Source: Felis catus (taxonomy: Eukaryota). Taken from it: 64,000 nt of DNA. Every line of letters starts with the position of its first letter. Within the stretch, counting starts at the first letter, position 1. The position numbers were made by a program, and so were the translations under genes. The notes beneath the pieces were generated by a model that was given only the letters and a program-made list of their open reading frames with translations, searched no databases and was not told the origin of the DNA. Below, piece after piece: positions 53,421-64,000 of this stretch. The stretch covers positions 107,448,001 through 107,512,000 of the forward strand of contig NC_058373.1 of NCBI RefSeq assembly GCF_018350175.1. The letters run 5' to 3'.

Positions 53421-53985
53421 TATGCTGTTTGTCTTTAATGCTTCACTATCCCAAGTCCTGTCTATAACTTGAGGTTTCAGTATTTTGAGGACTAGGGCTT
53501 TGCAGAGTTCTATGTCCATTCCATTAATAGTATCAGATATTCACTTTGCCTTCTAGAATACCAAAGAAATAATTGGAAGGGGAGAGGGCCCTGCCCCAGA
53601 ACCCCGTGAAGCAATTCTCAAACTTCACAGTCAGGGTTCAAGTTTGGTCTAGCAGTTCTCCAGCTGCGTGATCTTGTAATTTCTTAATCGGAGTCTCGGT
53701 TTCCCACATGTAAAATATGGCTAAAGGCTCGATCAGAAAGCTTCTGAACAGATAAAACACATTCCTTCGCACCCAGTACTAGGGCCCAAGCTCAGCACCC
53801 GGGCGGTGGGTGACCTCGCGACCTGCGCCAAGAAGCGAGTGGCGGAGAGCAGACCTTGGAGGACGGGTACTACCACCTGACCCTCAGCCTCTCGGATCAG
53901 GGGCACTGCGGTCACCACTTCACCAACGTCACCATCCCAATTCCCGGCGCCGCTCGGCGGTTGACTCCAAGTCTAGACCCCTCAC

Positions 53986-53990
53986 CTCAT
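53986..53990 (-). CDS. TRMT5: TRMT5 coding exon 1 (ATG AG)
   Basis: Minus strand reads agagc ATG AG|gtgagg: A at -3, consensus donor, phase 2 matches exon 2, giving MRNLWRQF... Confidence 0.75.
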
Positions 53991-54192
53991 GCTCTGGTGC
54001 AGCTCGGAAGAGAGTCACTCGTGGAAGGGCTGGCCCTCGATGACATCATCAAGGTTCGCCACGGAGGGGCGAGCGTCATCAGAGCCCGTCGATTCCCTTC
54101 TTTCTTCTCCGCCCCGGTCGGTACGGGAACCCGGAAGGGCCGGGCTCCCCGCCCCGCCTCCCGCGCGACTATTGACTGGAAAGCTGGGGTAG

Positions 54193-54387
<195 letters not shown>

Positions 54388-55434
54388 TGAAATGCCTGAC
54401 AGATGAGACGTGGAAAAGAAGGAGGTGCGGGTGCTGCACGGGGAGAAGGGAGAACCTGGAGCCTGACTCTTGGGGGATGGGGCCCAAAGACAGGAGCCAG
54501 ACGCAGATGAGACCCAGCGAGTGCATGAATGTGATTGCAGCGTAACATGCCCTAGAGAGAAAGTAAAGGCGCGGGCACAGGTGGAAGAGGTGCAGCACCC
54601 TTTGGAGGCTGGGGACCTGACTGGAGGAGCAGCCCTGCCGTTATGTAACTCAGTGCTGTCTGTTAGTGTCTTTGTCGACTTCCTGTTCCCTCCAACAGTC
54701 TTGTGAGGTTTTTGCCAGAGTCACGAGATTTTTCTTCCCTAGACTTAGTCATTGGGTGCCTGGAAACCTCATACGGAGCTCCTTAGCGGTGAAGGAGTAG
54801 AGGTGGCCTGGTAATGAGTACATAGCACTTCCCTGACCCTAAAACCTGTGCAAGGGGGGCCCTCGGCTTTTTAACTCAAGTCCCTGGACTGTAACAGTTT
54901 CTAGGACTTCGCTCACCAATGCTGTTTTGGCAGAGGGTGTTTTCAGGGGCATCCTCGGTAGAGCAACGTGTATTGCTTCTGTTTATTGTATCGTCATTGC
55001 AAGGTATTCCCGACCATCCTTGCATTTGAGCTGACTGAATTCATTAAATATATAGAGATTACTTTTGCAGTCCTAGTAATTGGGGAGTAACCATTGTCTA
55101 CAGGAGCCCCAAGCTGACTCAGGATTTCTTCAGTAATCACATGAGCTGAGGCCATCTCTCCCTTGTCTCCGTCCCACCCCATTCCTATCCTATCTTCATC
55201 TTTTGCAGTCACAAGGTTAGTCGTGGTTTTTCCTGAAGCCTGTCTGGCCTCTGTACTGGTGGAGATGATCTTCCTAGGGAACAAGATTTTTCTGGCACTG
55301 CATTAGTGGGAGGTGGGAAGGGAAAAAAGGAAACCAGTGCTGCTTGAGAAATTAGTGTCACACAGTGCCGGTGGATTGCAGGAGTTCTCCATAACTTGTC
55401 ATTCATTTCTTGATGAAATCTGAACTTCATCTAA

Positions 55435-55599
<165 letters not shown>

Positions 55600-56393
55600 T
55601 GAGTTTTTTTCTTTATTTCTCCCCTCCCCCCCCCCCATTTTGATAGTACACTGAGAAGCAAAGAGGCCCCAGAGCTGGTGTTATACAATTTCTAGTTAAA
55701 TCATTTCTGGAGGTTTAGCATTTTCCTGCTACTTATATATTATTGCTACTCTGTAGTTTGGAGGGATGCTATATAATTTGTATTTTTTATCCAAAAGTGG
55801 GACTAATTTTTAAAAATGGAAACTTGACCCATGCTTGTTTATGATAACATTAAGAAGTGGCTGTTGTTGTGTCGCGTTGGCCAACGTGAATTAAAGTTTA
55901 TCAGCTATCAGATTACTTACAAATAGCAATTTTGTGAGTGGAAAACACATAATCTTTTCATTTCTCTCCATCATCTCCTGTCCTCCAGCTGTTAGGTAGT
56001 CTTATTTCCCTGAGTCTAGGCATGTGTTCTGTGCCTATTCCTTTTCATCTAGACTCAACTCATATGCCAGTTGGCCCAAAATAGGAGACATTCTTGGCTT
56101 TTCTGTGTTTCCATAGTACCTGTCTATTCATTCTGTTATTATAATGTGTTGTAATGATTTGTTTGCAAGTTAGTTTCTCTGCTAAACTGAAATCGTTTAG
56201 AACTAGACCTTAGCATTTAGCAAGTTTGTTTTGTTTATCAGTAGAAGCAGACCCATTTTACCAGGAAATTTAAAATGCATAGAGTCTCATTTAGGTTTAT
56301 TTTCTGCTTTTATTTTGAATTTCTTGATAAGCGAACCAACTTTTAAGTAACCCAACTTCCTTTTATAATGAGATATATGCACAAACTTTCATA

Positions 56394-56944
56394 ATTTTTT
56401 TATTAAAAAAATTTTTTTTGAATGTTTATTATTTTCGAAGGCAAGAGAGAGAGAGAGCATGAGCAGGGAAGGAGCAGAGAGAAAGGGAGATACACAATCC
56501 AAAGTGGGCTCCAGGCTCTGAGCTGTCAGCACAGAGCCGGACACGGGGCTTGAAGTCACAAACCATGAAATGACCTGAGTTGAAGTCGGTCGCTTAACCA
56601 ACTGAGCCACCCAGGCACCCCCATAATTTTTTTTAAATAAAAAAAATTTTTTTAAGTAGGATCCACGCCTAAGTAGGGCTTAAACTACCCCCCCACCCCC
56701 GCGAGATTAAGAGTTGCATGTTGTACTGAGACAGCCAGGTGCCCCTCATAATTTTTTGAGTTTTTATTTTATTTCCAGTTAACATACAGTGTTATCACTA
56801 TATTGCAGTGATTCAACACTTCCTTTACAACACCCGGTGCTCATCACAACAAATGTACTCCTTTTTCCCCATCACCTGTCTCACCCAACGCCTGCCGCCC
56901 CCCCTCTGGTAACAGTTTGTTCTCTATAATTAAGAGTCCATTTT

Positions 56945-57001
<57 letters not shown>

Positions 57002-57020
57002 TTGTCTTGTTTCTTAACAA
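56394..57020 (-). mobile_element. SINE/SINE/L1-3' cluster in SLC38A6 intron 2
   Basis: SINE ~56394-56622, short SINE ~56640-56745, L1 3' tail with (CT)n. Confidence 0.85.
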
Positions 57021-57588
57021 ACATTCATAGTTTTAAAACTTCAAAACTGTATGTGACATCTTAGGCAAGACATAATTATAGGACTTATTTTGGGTTCCCT
57101 TTGAAAAAAATCACATCTTGTACTCCAGGGTCTTACATGCAGATGTATACCACGGAACATGCCCTCATTGAATCATATCACATTTGCCATTTAGTGATAC
57201 CAGACTGTTATTTTGTGAGGCTTCAAGTGTACCTCTCAGTTTTGCTACTTAATAACAAGTATTAAGTGGGCCAAAAGTAACTTTTGGGGTACTCCACTAG
57301 AGCCAGCTTTCTAGAAGCCTGTTTGTTAGTATCTTCCTGAAAATAAGTAGGAAATTATGCATGTTGTCTCTTTTACCACTTTCAGTGAAAGAATCCCAAT
57401 TATTACATCGTCTGCACCTTTTCAAATTGTGTCATGAACACATCAACTGTGTTAACTGCATTTGTTTGGTTTGGTGGATGTGTGTGTTTAATGCTAGGAA
57501 ATGCAGTCTTAATTCAGTTTTATAGATGAAGGTGGGGTACAATCTTCGGAAGAGAAGAGACAGAGGGAAGGAAAAAGAAGACAATGAC

Positions 57589-57800
57589 GGGGCGCCCGGG
57601 TGGCTCAGTCGGTTGAGCATCCGACTTCGGCTCCGGTCTTGATCTCTTAGCTCGTGGGTCTGAGCCCCGCGTCGGGCTCTGTGCTGACAGCTCAGAGCCT
57701 GGAGCCTGCTTCAGAGTCTGTGTCTCCCTCTCTCTCTGCCCCTCCCCCACTCACACTCTATCTCTCTCTCAAAATAAACAAACATTAAAAAAAGAAAAAA
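57589..57800 (+). mobile_element. Can-SINE
   Basis: TSD-like aagacaatga. Confidence 0.92.
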
Positions 57801-58194
57801 AGGAAAAAGAAAAAAAAGACAATGAGATTCCACAACCAAAACCTCTGTTTGGATTTAAAATAGGAAGAAATAGTTATAAAAGGGAAGTATTGCAAGATCA
57901 CTGAGTGGCTGAACCAGCAGTCAGCAGACAAGAGTGCCGAAGGAGGAAATTTGTTTTTGTTTCAAATAAAGTTGGTTTCTTTCTGATTTTTTAAAATTTA
58001 AAAGCAGTATATTTTCACTTAAATAAAATTCGGTAAATGCAGAATAATATTTTCTTTCTTTAGTGGCCACAATCCAACTCTAAGATCATCCCTGTGAACA
58101 TTTGAATGTGAAAAAAAAAAAATTGGTTTTTTAAAGAGATACCTCAGAAAAGAAACTTTTGTGGGGTTTGACCATGTCCTCTTTTATATTTTAG

Positions 58195-58268
58195 TTTCTT
58201 GCTGCTGATAGTTGCTCTCCTGGCTTCCTACTCAGTTCACCTCCTGCTAAGTATGTGTATTCAGACAG
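58195..58268 (+). CDS. SLC38A6: SLC38A6 exon 3
   Basis: ttttag|T FLLLIVALLASYSVHLLLSMCIQT G|gtgagt; phase matches exon 2; gene continues beyond window. Confidence 0.96.
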
Positions 58269-59007
58269 GTGAGTAAAAATACTCTGAGTCATTTGTTGAA
58301 GCAGCTCCTTGAGATGGGAACCACATACAGGATTCGATGTCTCAAATTTAATTTCCAGTAGGCATGCATTATTATTAGACAGGGTGGTTGGAATGGAGAA
58401 TTTCAAAAGACCAAGATACCCAGTCCTAGGGAAGTATCCAAGGACAGAATGGAAGGAAGAAACTTCCCTCCCTTTCTCTATAGCACACAGCATAGTTTTC
58501 TAGGTTAGGGTAGATTAGGGGAGACACCTGAAAGGTGTTCAAAGGATCCAAACCTTATACTATGGGGAAGCAGTGGACAGGTGTTCATTCTGATTGTTTT
58601 CTCTTAGGGTGATTATTTCCCCAAGGAGAACACCTCTCTAGATCTACTCCTGTCTCCGTAGGAGGCAAGGTCACTAAACCTTGCATTTATTTAGATAGTT
58701 GTATATTTTCAGTTGCAAGTCTGGAATAAGATAGTCTTTTTGAAAATGACAGATTTATATGCAATTAAAACAGAATAGATATTTATAAATATTTTTCCAT
58801 TTGGACTGTAATTCATTCATGTATTAAGTTCTTTTCAGTTGCAATAAGTAAAAGTATATGAATTACAGAACTGCTTTAATAAGGCTTTTCTTTTGGCATT
58901 AACAAATATTCTGTATCCATCAATCCTGGTCTTTTTATCTGTCTAATCTCTTTTATGTTTGGATTAGGTCAGTTTTGATGCCAGATCATGAGTTTAATTC
59001 TTCTTCT

Positions 59008-59231
59008 TCTTTTTTTTTTAATGTTTATTTATTTTTGAGAGAGAGACAGAGACAGAGTGCTAATGGGGGAGGGGCAGAGAGAGAGGGAGACACAGAATCT
59101 GAAACAGGCTCCAGTCTCTGAGCTGTCAGCACAGAACCCAGCATGGGGCTTGAACCCACAAATGGCAAGATCATGACCTGAGCTGAAACCAAGAGTCAGA
59201 CACTTAACCTACTGAGCCACCCAGGTGCCCC
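59008..59231 (-). mobile_element. Can-SINE
   Basis: TSD atcat(g/a)agtttaattctt. Confidence 0.92.
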
Positions 59232-60899
59232 ATCATAAGTTTAATTCTTATGTGAGTGAATTCACTGTGCTCTATCAGGTTTTGTTGTTTTCAGACTTTA
59301 AGAAGCAGAATAGATACATGAAATAGACAGTGGGATTATTCTGGCTGGAACAGGTGAGAGAAGCCCAAAGGTATTTCTTGAGAATTTTAAGACTCTTCCA
59401 AGCATAGTCCTAAATCCACAACTCTACTCTATTTCGTCCATCTATGCAGCAGACATATCTGCAGATCCTTTTGTAAGTGATTTACAAACCACGGGGCTTC
59501 TAAGTCCAAGAATCTGAGGTGGGACTTAGAAATATGTTTTTAAAAGTCCTCCAGGTGATTCTTCTGCAAAACTGGTTTAAGTTCCACAGCTATAATTTGT
59601 ATCAGTGCCTTTGGCCATCCAACCTGCAAATGTGTGCCTTTCTTTCAAGGGTATTGGGGACGGTGCAGACAGATAAAAAGACCAGGAAAATGCAATATTA
59701 ATCTGAAAATACAAGTTATTCATAAAGCATCCCAAATTCAGAAATAATAGCACTAAATAAGTGTCATTGTAAATCCTGCTGAACTTGACTGGAATTTTAA
59801 TGACCTATTTTGAAATTTTTCTTCTCTGTGTGAAAAGATTTATTTACCTAATTGTTAGTTTTTAATTTTTTTAGTTTTTAACATCTTAATAGGGTTATTT
59901 TATTTTTTTGTTATGGATTCTACTGAAAGAGTAATATGTTAGTCAATTGTGGCAATTATGTCTTCATTACACTTTATTAATTTCAGTTATTTGGAAATAA
60001 TATTCAATTTAGGAAGATTTCTGAGTACTGCTGATTTTTTTTCTCCTTCACTTCATCTATATTTAACTTCAAAATTCTGACGCTGTCTGTTGTTCTTTTC
60101 TGTAACTTTAGGGCATATGAAACTGAAAACCTGTTTCTTTCTCTCTTTTCTTTTTTCCTTCATTTTTGTAGCTTACTTGGTCCATGAACTAGCTTCTTCA
60201 TGGTTCTTCATATGCATTGATGCACCTGTCTTTCATTGATTGAATTCCTTCAGTCGTTGTAAAATTCTCTATGGAGGTAGGCTTTTTTTTTTTTTTTTTT
60301 TTTTATTAATACACACATACACACATAAAAGACTGGAGAATAACATGTAGCTAAATTTTCTTCTCAGTGTTTTGGACCATCATTAAGGAGTATTATGCTC
60401 AGATCAGATTCATTGGTCAGAGAAAGGGCTGTCGTAAATCTTTACAAAATAAATTCTTCATTTATTTGCCTGGAGTGCAAGAGAAATTTTCATCTTTATA
60501 AAAGTAAAGGATTTCTTCACATGAAATTCTGCTGTTTTGGATTATATATAGGGTTTGAGGTCTATGAAGACTTTTTGGGGGAACTGAGGTAGCATATAAG
60601 GTACCTTAATCTCTGTAGCCTTAGTTTATCATCTGTAAAATGATAATGATAATGCTTTGCTTTGGGATTATTGTGAGAATGAAATACAATAATGTATACA
60701 AAATGCCAAGTCCTTGGTCAGTGCTAGCTTTTATTATGAGTTCTCACTGATGCAGAACCCTTGAAGATTGCAAGATGTGCACACTTCTGCCTCAGAAACA
60801 GTGGCGTATTGTGATTCTTTGGGGAAACTTCTCTGCTCAGGGAATAAACCCATAGGTCCCCTCCTCTGATCTCCATATCACTCTAAGCAAGAAGGAATG

Positions 60900-61998
60900 A
60901 CAGTTGTAGAACTTAGCATGCCAGGACTTACCTGTGTACTGTCTCTCACTCTCCTGTCCATATAGCCCCTTTGTCTAATTGAAGTTTCATGGTATGTTAT
61001 TACAATCACTGCCTTGCTCCTCCCCTTTATCATCCTACTCCTCTAGCAAAGCTCCAACCATGGTTAAATGCAGTTCTGCCTACTTCACACATGCACCTGT
61101 GCAGTAGCATATTCCTGCAGAAAAACACAGCCATGCAGATTGATATCACTATAATTCAGTGTCTGGTGGACCTACGATGCTATTACGCAATCCTTATCTT
61201 CAGTTCATTCACTTGCTTACTCTGCTGTCTAAGAGATGAGGTTTTCATAGCTTCTCCTTTCTCTCAAACCTTCACCACATTCTCATTGATTACATTCTTA
61301 GTGGATATCCTCACTTTCTACTTCACCGAGACAGTAGAAGGAATCATAAGCTCTTGCCACTACTTATACCTTTCTATCTTCATTTGTGCCATATGCTCTG
61401 TTACCTTGGATAAACTCTTGGTGTTCCTATCTAAGACCAGCTTCCCTACTTATGCTGTGATTTCGTCTGCTCTCACGTGCATCATTCCAGCCACTCTACC
61501 CCATCTCCTCTCTTTTATCATCTTTGTTCCTTTGTTTTCTTCCTATCAGGCTACAAAGAATCTATAATTTCTTCCATGTTAAGAACGACTCCACATCCTT
61601 CAGTATGCTCCATGACTTCATAGCAAAACTCCTCAAAAGACTTATTTATACCAGATAGTTCCTCTTCCTCTTGTTCTCTTTTGAACCCACTCTAGTTGTG
61701 CTTTCCTGTATCATTCCACTGAAATTATCGTACCAGCGACTTACAGTTAGTTGCTAAATCCAGCAGTCAGTTGTCATTGTTGACCTCAGTTGACTATTCA
61801 GCAGCATTTGACACAGTTGTTCTATCCTGTGTGTAACACTTATTTACACTCTAATGGTTTTCTTCCTGTTTCACTGAATACTTCTCTTTCTTTATGCTGA
61901 ATCTTCATCTCTCTATCTTCTAAACATTGGAGTACCCCAGGACTATTCCTCTGATCTCTTTTCTTTTCTTCTTCCTCTTTTTTTTAATGTTTATTTAT

Positions 61999-62035
<37 letters not shown>

Positions 62036-62470
62036 CATGAGCAGGTGAAGGGCAGAGAGAGAGGGAGACCCAGAATCTGAAGCAGGCTCCAGGCTCTGAG
62101 CTGTCAACACAGATCCTGACGCGGAGCTTGAACTCACGGACCAAGAGATCATGACCTGAGCCTAAGTCAGACGCTTAACCAACTGAGCCATCCAGGCACC
62201 CATGATCTCTTTTCTTTTGAACTCACTCTAGGGCTCATGGTGACCCTAAAGTTTATATTCTTAGCCTGGATCTCTTCCCTGAATTTCAGTCTCCTATACA
62301 ACTGCCTCCATGACATCTCCACTTAGATACTACTATATGTCTCAAATTGACCAAACTGTCTGTTTTTGCAAATGCCAATCTATACCTTCCACTGTTTTCT
62401 CATCTCAGTAGATGATAGCATCTTCTTTCTAGTTGCTTAGGCCAAAAGTCTTAGAGTTATGGTGAACTCA
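60900..62470 (-). mobile_element. L2 fragment with nested SINE (~61978-62201)
   Basis: aaagctccaaccatggttaaat...cagcagcatttgacacagttg...gttgcttaggccaaaa L2 motifs; ORF 60989..61567 lies within it. Confidence 0.75.
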
Positions 62471-62559
62471 TTTTTTCCCTTCATACACCAAATGGAAGCT
62501 CCAAATGTGAGGAAGTATCCATTCTATACATTTGAAGGTAAAATATTGACACAACATAT

Positions 62560-63412
62560 GAAGACCATGATGAAAAGGTGTAGAGGCTACCATTTGATCC
62601 AATAATTGTACCACTTGGTATATACCTAAATGAATTGAAAACTTATGTTGACACAAAAACCTGCACATGATGTTTATAGCAGTTTTATTCATAATAGCCA
62701 GAACTTAGAAGTAACCAAGTTGTCCTTCAGTACATGAATGGATTGTGTGGTCCATTCAATGAAATGTTATTCAGTGCTAAAAAGGAATGAACTATCAGGC
62801 AATGAAAAGATATGGAGGAACCTTTGATGCATACTGCTAAGTGAAAGTAGCCAATCTGAAAAGGCTACATTCTATACAATTCCCTCTATTTGACGTTCTT
62901 GGAACACCTGGCTGGCTCAGTTGGTAGACCATGCAACTCTTGATCTTGAGCTTATGAGTTCAAGCCCCATGTTGAGTGTGGAGCCTAGTTTTTAAAAAAT
63001 GGCCAATGATATGATATTCTAGAAAAGATAGAACTATGGAGACAGTGAAAAGTCCAGTAGTTGCCAGGGGCTAGAAGAGAAGGAGAAATGAATAGGTAGA
63101 GCACAGGGAATGTTGGGGGCAGTGAAACTATCGTATTACACTATAGTAAAGGATACATGTCATTATTTACTTGTCAAAACCCATAGAATGTACAACACCA
63201 AAAGTAAACTCTATGGACTTTGGGTAATGACGTGTCAGTGTAGACTCATCAGTTGTAACAAATGTACCACTCTAGTGGGGAATGTTGATGGTGGTGGAGG
63301 TTGGGCATGTCTGGGGTTAGGGGGGATGTGGGAACTCCCCATACTTTCTGCTCAATTTTTCTGTGAACTTAAAACTGTTCTTAAAAATAAAGTTTATTTA
63401 AAAAAAATTAAG
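62560..63412 (+). mobile_element. Old L1 (L1MB/MC-like) 3' end
   Basis: acacaaaaacctgcaca...gtaacaaatgtaccactct...aaaataaagtttatt; short SINE ~62900-62998. Confidence 0.8.
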
Positions 63413-63429
63413 TAACAAACTCAGAGGAA

Positions 63430-64000
63430 AAGAGGAAAGAGATAATACAGAGACCAGATGAAAATTTAAAAATACTATATTTAATAGCTCTAAAGAACTA
63501 AAAGGAGATAATGCATTCTTGAAACAAGGACAGGGAGTTATTTAAAGGGTATAATCAGAAAATACAAGAGTCCTAGAAATTAAAAATTAAATTTAAAAGT
63601 AATTTATTATTTGAGTTGAAAGAGCTAAGGAAATTCTTTAGGCAGGGGGATGAGAGGAAGACAAGGAACTTGAAAATGGGAGAGAAAAGATAGGAAAATA
63701 GAGGATCAGTCCCAGAGGTTCAACATGCAAATAAGTGGAATTCCATAAAGAGAGAAAAGAAAAAATATAATGGTAGAAAAATATCAACAGAATAATACAA
63801 GGAAAGTTTGTTTAACTGAAGGAAATTAGTTCATAGATTGAAAGTATCCATTATAATACTTGTAAAATAATTCATACCAACACACATCGTTGTGAAAAAT
63901 CAGAAACCCAGAAAATATCCTAAAAGCTTTCAGAGAGGAGAAACAAACAAATTTCCATACAATGAATCAAGACTTTAATAGCAAATAGCTTTGCAGGAGA
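63430..64000 (+). mobile_element. Degenerate L1 ORF1-like fragment
   Basis: A-rich; gaggatcagtcccagaggttcaacatgcaaataagtggaattcc resembles the ORF1 RRSNI..IGIPE region. Confidence 0.6.

Noticed and set aside
60989..61567. 192-aa ORF in SLC38A6 intron 3
   Set aside because: Lies within a degenerate L2, hydrophobic low-information composition, no splice support, not SLC38-like

Overview
Mammalian genomic DNA, most likely a felid (dense carnivore tRNA-derived Can-SINEs with a young cat-type subfamily). Gene content matches the conserved MNAT1-TRMT5-SLC38A6 block. Positions ~1-36549 are inferred to be the long last intron of MNAT1 (+), whose terminal coding exon is at 36550-36670. A complete five-exon TRMT5 lies on the minus strand (53990..43608, 518 aa). 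It shares a CpG-island bidirectional promoter with SLC38A6 (+), whose coding exons 1-3 are in the window. Most of the rest is interspersed repeat (SINEs, L1, L2, MIR, LTRs, Tigger-like and hAT DNA transposons), and almost all ORFs in the supplied track are repeat-derived noise. I found no clearly novel multi-gene system. The best leads are: a candidate SIX/MEF3 + E-box enhancer in the MNAT1 intron, a possible splice/ATG switch for TRMT5 mitochondrial targeting, a tailless half-tRNA-Cys retrocopy, an in-frame micro-exon candidate, a templated insertion, an internally deleted L1, a near full-length Cheshire-like hAT element and an apparent TRMT5 stop-loss extension. Gene, repeat-family and human-ortholog comparisons are from recall, not database searches. 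Repeat boundaries are approximate unless target-site duplications (TSDs) are quoted.
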